The translations under genes were made by a program, and so were the position numbers. This document shows, piece after piece, positions 54,001-62,604 of a stretch of DNA of 64,000 nt (position 1 is its first letter; each line of letters opens with the position of its first letter). A model generated the notes under the pieces. That model was given only the letters and a program-made list of their open reading frames with translations, was not told the origin of the DNA and made no database searches. This DNA comes from Lingula anatina (lineage: Eukaryota > Animalia > Brachiopoda). Location: positions 3,720,001 through 3,784,000 of the forward strand of contig JBPQGU010000016.1 in the NCBI GenBank assembly GCA_051362555.1. Reading direction: 5' to 3'.

Positions 54001-54134
54001 ATTTTGGCCAGGTAGGGATGAAAAAAATGTTTTTTTCATTAAGTGTCAGGTTGGTGTGTTTGGTCATTTGTAGTAAGCATAAAATGCTTGAAGAGTGGTG
54101 GTGGCAACATTATGGAAGAAATAAAGCAAAAACT
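33034..54134. repeat. ~362-bp satellite, long array (~58 full monomers plus a partial)
   Basis: Head-to-tail near-identical monomers, counted by eye from the recurring tcaacatt motif. The last two monomers (~53640-54134) are clearly diverged. Confidence 0.99.
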
Positions 54135-54950
54135 ATGTATACAGATTCCTGCTATATTATTATTTTATCTTTAATTTATCGAATTTTATGATGCCTTTCC
54201 TATATACATAGCCCTTTTTTAAAATAATTACCGTATCAGTTTTTTAAAACCTAGAACAAAAGTTTTCAGTTTGTCTTTTTTATTCCAGCAATTTCAGCAG
54301 CCATTACTGTTCCCGAGACACCTTGCCTGTGCTATCAAACGAATCCTGTTACTTACAGCACAGGAGCACCAAAGAGTTTGAAGAGTGCTTTACAAGTCAT
54401 CAGTCAAATTAAGCAGAAATGGTCTTAGCTTTGGAAACCGGTGTCAAAGGGTCAAATCAAGTATTCCAAGCCTTCCAAGGACTAGTATGATGTAAGTCAG
54501 TATGGACAATATATTAAAGGTCCAAAAGCATCAAAGTCTTTAAGGTACTCGCCCCACGCCGCAGCATGTCATCGAAGAAATGACCCCTTGATGATAGGGA
54601 TATGGATTGCAAGTGTTCTGGAGGCTCCAAGACAACTGTCTATAGCAGGTTCTGGTACTTGCATAGTGGGTCTTCAAACCCTTGGTATAGAAAGTACAAA
54701 CCAGCAGCTTAATCTGGAAGTTAAAAAGAAAATACAGCCATAAGTCCATGCATTAAAATCATGTTGAAATCTCTTTTTGGAAATTAGAAAAACGACTATT
54801 GCAATTATTAGAGAAGGCTTAATTAACTTTGAGTGTGCATTTTTTATGAACTGATACTTCCTTGTGAACAAAAACTCTGAAAAGATTTCCACATTTTGTA
54901 TTTTTGGCAATAATGAGAAATGAATGAACATTCATTGATTAATTATTATC

Positions 54951-54982
<32 letters not shown>

Positions 54983-56168
54983 TTTTTTTTTTTTTGCTAT
55001 TTCCACTTGAGGGTGCTTACGCAAATTTGGCAGATTTCCCAAGTTTTGGGTTAAAAGCACAATGTTGTTATTTTGGGTCTTTATGAGGTAATGTGATTTT
55101 GTCAGCATATTAGTTAAATGAACAACTTTGTCTGGATGCCCCACTCCTGCCTCAAATGAGATTTTAAAAGCAAACATCAATATCTATAAAGACAGGTTTT
55201 AATGCTTATTTTTGAACACATTTCACATAAATCACATTTCACATGATGATCTGGGCTGATTTTGTCAAAGTTAAAGAAACCCCATTTTGAACACTGATGA
55301 CAATTTAAGTAAAACCATGTTACTCATGGATCTCAATCTTACAGAAAAGGTAAATTGGACTGAAATACAGCTTGAGTTAGAAAACTGAACTGTTTGCATT
55401 CTTTTTCTGAGAGTTATTTATTTATTTAATTATCATTATTATTATTATTATTTATTATTATTATTTTCAAAATAATTTTTTTTCACATATTAGCATTTTC
55501 TTCGTGAGACTTGGAACTCCCACGGGATGAAATTCCAGCTCCCACTCTCAAGCCCCTGGGGAGCTTTTTGAAATAATATAAAGATGAAATTTGGGTTTTT
55601 TAAAATAATTAAAATAATGATGTCAGGAAGGCGTGTTTTGTTTTTTCTAGCCATCCACAGGTAAATTTTTTTTTTCAATATTTCTTGTGAATTAAAAAAA
55701 TATTTTTCCATCCCCCTCCCCAACCTCAAACCCCTGAGGAGCTTTTTGAAGTACTATAAAGATGCAATTTGGGGATTTAATGATGAGATGTTGATATGTT
55801 TAGACAATTATTGTGAATGATCCCTTTCCGTCTCAGCACTGATACTCCTCCGCACCATTACTCCCTCGCACCGATAGGCCTATACTACCCCTTACACTCC
55901 ATCGACCTCACCCGCATCTTAAAGCTCCTGCAACGATACTCTCTCACAGCCTTTGCAATTGGTTAAAACTGCTACCAACAAAACACAATGATTGATCTAA
56001 AAACTCTCGAAATACTATTTTTCCGAAAGTGCACCACCCTCTTGGGACCCAAAAGTGACACATTTCATTAGAAATATTGTGGAAAAATAAGGGAATTACT
56101 AAAGTTGGTCTGCTTAGTAACAAAGTACATAGTCGATCTAATATGTATGCAGCTCGGCTTTGTGATTA

Positions 56169-56244
56169 TATCATGCATGTAATTTTGATAATGGCAACTC
56201 TACAAGGAAGTTCCAAAGTTGTGCATGACCACAGCACATAAAAT
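56169..56244 (+). repeat. Truncated LTR (first 76 bp)
   Basis: Identical to 56628-56703 and starts exactly where homology to unit A ends. Confidence 0.85.
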
Positions 56245-56589
56245 CATAATTTTTTTTTTAAATGTATTAATTATGTAACACTGCTGTATTCCTAACTAAG
56301 TGTATTGCATTGTATTGTATTATTTGATGTTACACTGTGTTGTACTCATAATAAAATGTATTGGTTGTATTGTATTGTATTGACTGTATTGATCATATTC
56401 TATTATATAATATTGTGTTGTAGTCGTAGTAAAGCTTACTGTAATTGTATTGTATTGATTGTATTAATTGTGTTAAGTGTATGGTATGATGTTTACTGTA
56501 TTGTATTTGTAGAAGACTCACATAGCATAATCAAATGTCTTGAGTTAAAAGTTTAGCTTGTTTTCATCGGACAGATCAGATGATAGAAT

Positions 56590-56627
56590 AGTTTCGAGGC
56601 ACGAAACTTATCTTGCCGGGGGAGCCC
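56590..56627 (+). promoter_or_regulatory. Hairpin plus polypurine tract upstream of the LTR
   Basis: agtttcg-aggca-cgaaact stem-loop then gggggag (56618-56624). Resembles the TTTCGAGGACGAAA...GGGGG motif that precedes 3' LTRs of many Ty3/Gypsy elements. Confidence 0.7.
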
Positions 56628-56998
56628 TATCATGCATGTAATTTTGATAATGGCAACTCTACAAGGAAGTTCCAAAGTTGTGCATGACCACAGCACATAA
56701 AATAGTTCATTAAGCACTAATTATGCAGTTCCAAAGTAATTATGCATGTATATCCACATGTGTCCTTATACACAGTTGACATCCTATATCTCCTGACTAC
56801 AATGACATTAATGTTCTCTTAGTTATAGTTTAGACAAAGTAGACAAGGCCTTTTTCAGTACCAGCACAGCACACAATAGCATACATAATTAATACTCAAA
56901 CATGTTAGTGTATAAGAACTGGCCTGCTAGGAGAGCAGACAGAAGAATAATAAAGGATCTTAACCGAGGAGGTCTCCTGTTATTTACTGATTGTGACA
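56628..56998 (+). repeat. Complete LTR (371 bp, TATCA...TGACA)
   Basis: Bounded by the PPT upstream and the PBS downstream. Contains TATAA (56911) and AATAAA (56949). Confidence 0.8.
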
Positions 56999-56999
56999 C

Positions 57000-57008
57000 T
57001 GGTGGAGA
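57000..57008 (+). promoter_or_regulatory. Primer binding site, tRNA-Ala-like
   Basis: TGGTGGAGA begins 1 nt after the LTR terminal CA and is complementary to ...UCUCCACCA-3' of eukaryotic tRNA-Ala. Only 9 nt verified by eye. Confidence 0.75.
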
Positions 57009-57030
57009 CCTGTGGCTAATCCTGTGAGAT

Positions 57031-58329
57031 ATGTCTAAGACCCTAGTGCCAGGACGACCAGGTACTAGATCACAGTCAGGACAGGGAGACTCCTCGGGGA
57101 GACATACAGCAGAAGACCCAGCCCATGAAGTACCAGGACCTTCCAGAGTGATCCCCAGCAGCCCCCTCACTGCTCCAGGTACCCTGGAGCCCCAGACGCC
57201 TCCACAGCAGAGCGAAACGTCCCCAGGTCAGCAGCAGCAGGCAGACCCTCAACCTCCACAGCAGGGAGAGACATCCCCAGATCACCAACAGACAGCCCCT
57301 CTGCCTCCACAGCAGGCCCCCCAGACGGACCAGCCAGCCACCCCGCTCCAGCCGGCCATGCAGCAACCACAGCAGCAGCACCAGCAGCAACAGGCGGCCC
57401 CGGTCCAATTGATGCAGCCAGCGCCAGTGGTAATGTACTCAGTACCTCCTCACCTAACCCCAATTCCTTTCTCAGGGAAAAAGGGCGAACGTGCAAGAGA
57501 CTGGATACTCAAATATGAACAGTATTGCAACTATGTAAATTTTTCTGACCAGCAGAGAATGATCAATTTACCGTTTTTACTGCAAGATAATGCAAGTTTA
57601 TGGTATAAATCGTTAGAATCAACTGCAAATAGTTTTAGTGATCTGAAAGCATTGTTTTTAAATAGATATGGGCTATCCCAATCTGAATTACGAGAAAAGA
57701 AAGCACAATTTTACAATCAAACACAAGGCACAGACAATGTGCAAGATTTTCTAGCAAAAGTCATTACCTTAGGTCGTGATTTAGATTTACATAATTCACA
57801 AATCATTGATGCTGTTATTAATGGGCTTAACCCTGCCATTAAACAGGTTGTGATTTTGGAAAATCCACAATCTTTAAGTGACCTCACTGACACAGCTGTT
57901 AGGGCTGAATCTGCAACTTGGAATTCTTTAGCATCAGTAGCGTCAGTTACACCAGCAGATGTGAACAAAATGGTAGCTGATGCCATACAATTAAACATGG
58001 CAACTTTAGTGTCTCAGATGCAAGCTGTTTTGTCCCCACAGATTAATGCACTTCACCCTACACACAACAAAAGGGTTCACTTTCAAGGATCAGGCTCAGA
58101 TAGGAATAGGCATAGGTCTCCAGGCAGACAAGGAGACCAACCCAGAGCATACAGGGAGAGAGGAAGCTCCAGAGACAGGGAAAGGGATGACAGACGGAGA
58201 CGGTGCAATAGATGTGGTAGGTGGAATTGTCTTCGTATTGATGAATGCTATGCCAAAAATTTAACTTGTTACAAATGTAACCGCCATGGCCATATTTCCC
58301 CTGCATGTAGGACAATTACACAACAATAG
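57031..58329 (+). CDS. gag: Gag polyprotein, 432 aa
   Basis: P/Q-rich N-terminus; capsid-like PIPFSGKKGERARDWILKYE...LQDNASLWY...QGTDNVQDF; CCHC knuckle CYKCNRHGHISPAC. Confidence 0.95.
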   Translation: MSKTLVPGRPGTRSQSGQGDSSGRHTAEDPAHEVPGPSRVIPSSPLTAPGTLEPQTPPQQSETSPGQQQQADPQPPQQGETSPDHQQTAPLPPQQAPQTDQPATPLQPAMQQPQQQHQQQQAAPVQLMQPAPVVMYSVPPHLTPIPFSGKKGERARDWILKYEQYCNYVNFSDQQRMINLPFLLQDNASLWYKSLESTANSFSDLKALFLNRYGLSQSELREKKAQFYNQTQGTDNVQDFLAKVITLGRDLDLHNSQIIDAVINGLNPAIKQVVILENPQSLSDLTDTAVRAESATWNSLASVASVTPADVNKMVADAIQLNMATLVSQMQAVLSPQINALHPTHNKRVHFQGSGSDRNRHRSPGRQGDQPRAYRERGSSRDRERDDRRRRCNRCGRWNCLRIDECYAKNLTCYKCNRHGHISPACRTITQQ

Positions 58330-61300
58330 GGACACGCACACAATACAGGTACTCAAAATTTTACCCCTCCAGCCACCCCATCTATTCAATCTCTTCATTT
58401 CTCAGACCCTCTAGATCACAATCTGGTATCAGTGCAATTTTCAGCCTTCTCCATTAAAGCTTTGGTTGACACAGGCGCTTTCCTGTCATGTATTTCTAAA
58501 GAAATTCTGTCTAAATTGAAACAAGACAATCTTGTCAAATTTGAAGCCTCAGATTTTACAGCTGTCACAGGTGTCAGCGGAAACTTAATCCCCATTGATC
58601 AGTGTGTGTATCTATCATTTAAAATTGGAAACAAAAACTTCACTCACAAATTTTATGTGTTCCCAACCCTCCCACGAAAAATTATTCTTGGAATGGACTT
58701 TCTCACTAAATTTGGGGCAAAGCTTGATACCCTAAACAGCACAATTTCATTCAAAAGATCAGAGATTTGTGAAATCACCAAACCTCAATGGCTCGGTCTA
58801 GCCCGCGCATCCAAAAGTGTAACAATTGATCCAAATTCAGAGGCCCTTGTTCCCATTAAAATAGCTGGTACAAATTTTACTACATCCAAACACTTGCTAT
58901 TAGAGCCCATCTCCTCAAAATATCTTCTTGCTAGGTGTGTAGTGAATGCTACCAAAACAAAAGCTGCATGTCGTATCTTTAATCCATCTGAAGTGCCCAT
59001 TAAGATCTCTAAAGATAAGGTCTTAGCAAAGGCCCTACCTGTCCTCGATGATAATATCTCAGTCTTTGATGGTCCTGTTGATAGTGACCTTAACACCATT
59101 AATAGCCCACCACCTAACCAATTGTCTGATGAATGTTATATCAAAATTGCTAAAGATATTGGAATTGATGTCTCGGATGCCGATCTAGATGATGATCAAA
59201 AAAACAAATTATTAGTTTTTATTGGTAAACACCGACAGTCCTTTGCAACATGTACTGCTGAGTTAGGTGAGGCAAATGTAGACAAGTATTACATTGACAC
59301 AGGTGACGCACTTCCTAAACGACAAAGACATTACAGTACAACACCTGACAAACGACGCGAAATTGAAAGACAGGTAGATGATATGCTCAAACATGACATT
59401 ATTGAAGAATCATCCAGCCCTTGGGCATCCCCAGTTGTCTTAGTTCGCAAAAAAGATGGTACCTTTCGATTTGCAATTGATTATAGGAAGCTTAACTCTG
59501 TAACCACTCCTGAACACTTTCCTCTCCCAAGGTTAACAGACGTTTTTGATACTATTGCTGATTCTCAACCTCAAATCTTTTCTTCTGTTGATGTCAAAAG
59601 TGGCTATTGGCAATTCAAATTAGATGAGAGAACTAAACATAAAACAGCGTTCGTCACCCATCATGGCCATTTCCAATTTAAGAGACTTCCGTTTGGGACC
59701 AAGAACGCGACGGCAGCATATCAAGCAGCCATGTCCAAAATTTTGAAAAATTTGAATTGGCGCATTGCCCTAGTTTACATTGACGATATCATCATATTTA
59801 GTAAAAATTTTGAACAGCATTTGGAACATCTAAACCTCATCTTTGAACGATTGCAAAAAGCCAACCTAGCCTTGAACCCCTCAAAATGCAAATTCGCAGT
59901 AAAGAAAATTTGTTTCTTGGGCCACATCATCTCAAAACAGGGAATAGAAGTTGACTCTTCCAAAATCGAAGCTGTCCAAAATATACAAAGACCAAAAACA
60001 CACACAGCAGTAAAAAGTTTTCTAGGAATGTGCAACTACTACAGGCGTTATGTCAAAAATTATGCCAAATTGGCTGCCCCTCTAAATGCTCTCACATGCA
60101 AATCAACTGACTTTGTTTGGACCGACACTTGCGAAGATTCATTTGTTGCTCTGAAAGACGCCCTTGGGCAAGCACCTATTTTAGCTTTCCCAGACATGTC
60201 AAGGGAATTTCGGCTTACAACAGATGCATCTAACGTAGCTATTGGTTACATACTTAGTCAAATTGATAAAAACAATAGGGAACATGCTATCGCTTATGGC
60301 TCTAGAGCACTAAACAAAGCAGAGAAAAACTATAGCACCACTGAAAAAGAATGCTTAGCAGTTGTAGCAGGCATTAAAGAGTACAAACAGTTTTTGCAAA
60401 ATAACCCCTTTGTAGTTGTAACAGACCACAAACCTTTACAATGGTTACGTACCAAAGAGTCCTCAAACGTGAGATTAAACAACTGGTCCCTTGATCTCCA
60501 AAATTTAGAGTTTACAATCCAATACAAAAAGGGTAGTTTAAATCCAGCTGACTGTTTATCTAGGCAAGTTGAAACATCTGATACTGCACCTGGAAATTCT
60601 GACAATACCAACAAATTTTCAAATCAAGCCCAAAATGTTTGCCTTATTGATCAAAATCCCTTACCAATTGCTAATGCTTTAGGTAAATATTACAGCATCA
60701 AATTTCCAAAAGCTAAAAATCCAGTAGTAGCCTCCATATCAAAATCCAAACCCAGACCTTCAAAAAGTTGTGACTCTTCCTCCTTCAGCAATCTCCCTCA
60801 AAAACAAAGTGAGTCAAATGACATCATGCCCATCCTAGCAGCTCTAAAAAACACCTCATCACAAAGTGACGGAAAACAAAAACAGAAACAGGAAAACTAC
60901 AAAAAACATTACACATTGAAAGACAACACTCTGTACCGCATCTTTCAAAACAAACGCCGCTTAACAGCAGGTGATGACTCCATTATACATCAACTAGTAG
61001 TCCCAACTTGTTATAGAGGTGCTGTTCTCGCTGCTTACCATGACTCCAGAGCTGGAGGTTGCCACCAAGGATACAAAAGAACCCTAGAAGCAATTAGTTC
61101 AAAATACTTTTGGCCAAAAATTGCCCGTGACGTTAAACGATATGTTAAAACTTGTGAAATTTGTCAAAAAGTAAAAAGATTTTATGGCACTTCCAAAACT
61201 CCACTGAAACCTTTACCAATCAAAGAAGTCTTCAGCACCTGGCACTTAGATATTCTCGGACCCCTTCCAAAACAAAGTTCTGGACACAAATACCTTTTGC

Positions 61301-62385
61301 TAATTGTCGAATCTTTCAGTCGTTGGCCAGAAGTGTTTCCCCTAAAAACGCAAGAAGCAACTGAAATTGCAAATATTTTGTATTCAGAAATCTTCTCTAG
61401 GTACGGTGTACCATCGGAAATCATAACTGACAGAGGCCAAAATTTTCGATCAAAATTGCTCCAGTCTCTTTGTGATTTATTTGGCGTGAAACATCACTTT
61501 ACAGCAGCCTATCACCCCCAAACCAATGCCGTCTGTGAGCGCTTCAACAGTTTTATATTACAAGTGTTAAGAGCACATTGCAAATTTGATCAATCTGATT
61601 GGTTGGAGCACCTTCAGGCCGCCCTCATGTCCTATAGAGCTACTCCACAATCAGCTACAGGTTACTCACCCTACTTCCTTCTACACGGAAAAGAAATGAA
61701 TCTGCCTCTAGACAACTTATTGCTTCCCACCAAAACCTTGCCCGAAAGTGTAAAAGAATATGCACATCAGAAAAGCATTTGCTTGCAAACTGCTAGGAAA
61801 ACAGCTGCTACAATCAAACTCGATTCCCAGCAAGTTGATCGTCAAAAACATGACAAAAAGACTAAGCAGCCTACATATGAAGTAGGAGATAAAGTCCTTG
61901 TTAGGAATGAACACACACCAATCGGGCACTCACCAAAACTCACACAAAAATACAAGGGACCTTTTTACATTGATCACAAGATAGGTGAGTCCACTTACAT
62001 GGTTAGGGATGCAAACACGGATAAATTAGCTCGTGCACCTGTAAATGCTGATAGGTTAAAACCATACAAAGACCCAGTTACACGTACACCATATCCTGAC
62101 CACATCCCACCCAGCAATCTCAATAACAATCCACCCGATTCAACACCAACAAATAGTGCAGACATTACTATACCACCAAGCCAGCCTAGAACTGTCGAGA
62201 AAATAATCAAATGTAAAGGGAATCCCCAAAATCGTACTTACCTTGTAAAATTGGAAGGAATTTCTGAAAAGCAATGGATTAGTAGAGACCAAGTCCCAGA
62301 AGTTTTAAGACAGGAGTTTCACACTCAGAGAACCTTGCGTGGTAGAAAACGCAGAAAAACAGGGAAAAATGTTAAAAATGCATAA
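58330..62385 (+). CDS. pol: Pol polyprotein (protease, RT, RNase H, integrase, chromodomain-like tail), in frame with gag
   Basis: Open from the codon after the gag TAG. Motifs: LVDTGA (58468), SPWASPVVLVRKKDG, YIDD (59776), TTDAS/EKECLA/TDHKPL, HHCC, DILGP-TDRGQNF-ERFN, KGPF. No internal stops. Confidence 0.97.
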   Translation, partial: GHAHNTGTQNFTPPATPSIQSLHFSDPLDHNLVSVQFSAFSIKALVDTGAFLSCISKEILSKLKQDNLVKFEASDFTAVTGVSGNLIPIDQCVYLSFKIGNKNFTHKFYVFPTLPRKIILGMDFLTKFGAKLDTLNSTISFKRSEICEITKPQWLGLARASKSVTIDPNSEALVPIKIAGTNFTTSKHLLLEPISSKYLLARCVVNATKTKAACRIFNPSEVPIKISKDKVLAKALPVLDDNISVFDGPVDSDLNTINSPPPNQLSDECYIKIAKDIGIDVSDADLDDDQKNKLLVFIGKHRQSFATCTAELGEANVDKYYIDTGDALPKRQRHYSTTPDKRREIERQVDDMLKHDIIEESSSPWASPVVLVRKKDGTFRFAIDYRKLNSVTTPEHFPLPRLTDVFDTIADSQPQIFSSVDVKSGYWQFKLDERTKHKTAFVTHHGHFQFKRLPFGTKNATAAYQAAMSKILKNLNWRIALVYIDDIIIFSKNFEQHLEHLNLIFERLQKANLALNPSKCKFAVKKICFLGHIISKQGIEVDSSKIEAVQNIQRPKTHTAVKSFLGMCNYYRRYVKNYAKLAAPLNALTCKSTDFVWTDTCEDSFVALKDALGQAPILAFPDMSREFRLTTDASNVAIGYILSQIDKNNREHAIAYGSRALNKAEKNYSTTEKECLAVVAGIKEYKQFLQNNPFVVVTDHKPLQWLRTKESSNVRLNNWSLDLQNLEFTIQYKKGSLNPADCLSRQVETSDTAPGNSDNTNKFSNQAQNVCLIDQNPLPIANALGKYYSIKFPKAKNPVVASISKSKPRPSKSCDSSSFSNLPQKQSESNDIMPILAALKNTSSQSDGKQKQKQENYKKHYTLKDNTLYRIFQNKRRLTAGDDSIIHQLVVPTCYRGAVLAAYHDSRAGGCHQGYKRTLEAISSKYFWPKIARDVKRYVKTCEICQKVKRFYGTSKTPLKPLPIKEVFSTWHLDILGPLPKQSSGHKYLLLIVESFSRWPEVFPLKTQEATEIANILYSEIFSRYGVPSEIITDRGQNFRSKLLQSLCDLFGVKHHFTAAYHPQTNAVCERFNSFILQVLRAHCKFDQSDWLEHLQAALMSYRATPQSATGYSPYFLLHGKEMNLPLDNLLLPTKTLPESVKEYAHQKSICLQTARKTAATIKLDSQQVDRQKHDKKTKQPTYEVGDKVLVRNEHTPIGHSPKLTQKYKGPFYIDHKIGESTYMVRDANTDKLARAPVNADRLKPYKDPVTRTPYPDHIPPSNLNNNPPDSTPTNSADITIPPSQPRTVEKIIKCKGNPQNRTYLVKLEGISEKQWISRDQVPEVLRQEFHTQRTLRGRKRRKTGKNVKNA

Positions 62386-62554
62386 GTATTAGTGAATATT
62401 GTCAAATAAATGGCGTCGCCTTAAGTATGATAAAGAAGTAACCGAAATCTAATTCTTGGGTATGCTAGACTATAAAACAGAATCCCCATAATTGCACCCA
62501 TAATTCTTTGGCAACCATGCTCCCTACCCCTTTTTTTTTCCAAATTCGCGCGCA

Positions 62555-62581
62555 ACTTTTCTCTTTTGTTTTCTTTTGTAG
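62555..62581 (+). promoter_or_regulatory. Putative env splice acceptor
   Basis: Long polypyrimidine tract cttttctcttttgttttcttttgtag, ending 23 nt upstream of the env ATG. Confidence 0.7.
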
Positions 62582-62604
62582 GGAAGAAACAGATCCTAGG
62601 TCCC

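Larger units (their letters stand above)
21195..56168. repeat. Tandem segmental duplication, unit B (matches 1-16028, with an expanded satellite; interrupted by the Gypsy insertion)
   Basis: Near-identical to 1-11844. After the satellite, 54135-56168 matches 13795-16028. Homology stops at gctttgtgatta(t). Confidence 0.97.

Noticed and set aside
33034-54134. Dozens of repeated 60-111 aa ORFs (MLTPPLFQ..., MSGRCVRS..., MPALFK...)
   Set aside because: They are by-products of the satellite. Most start at non-ATG codons, and the poly-C tract shifts frame freely between monomers.
33034-54134. Long array length (~21.1 kb) nearly equals the duplication period (~21.19 kb)
   Set aside because: No mechanism is visible; treated as coincidence, though worth recalling when validating the assembly.
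56570-56615. Hammerhead ribozyme (cagatga...cgaaac)
   Set aside because: The core lacks CUGAnGA and stems I-III cannot be built. The pre-PPT hairpin explains it better.
56274-56998. 725-bp LTR with canonical TGTAACA...TGTGACA ends
   Set aside because: Less parsimonious: it does not explain the 76-bp repeat starting exactly at the insertion junction or the hairpin and PPT at 56590-56627. Not fully excluded without the 3' LTR.
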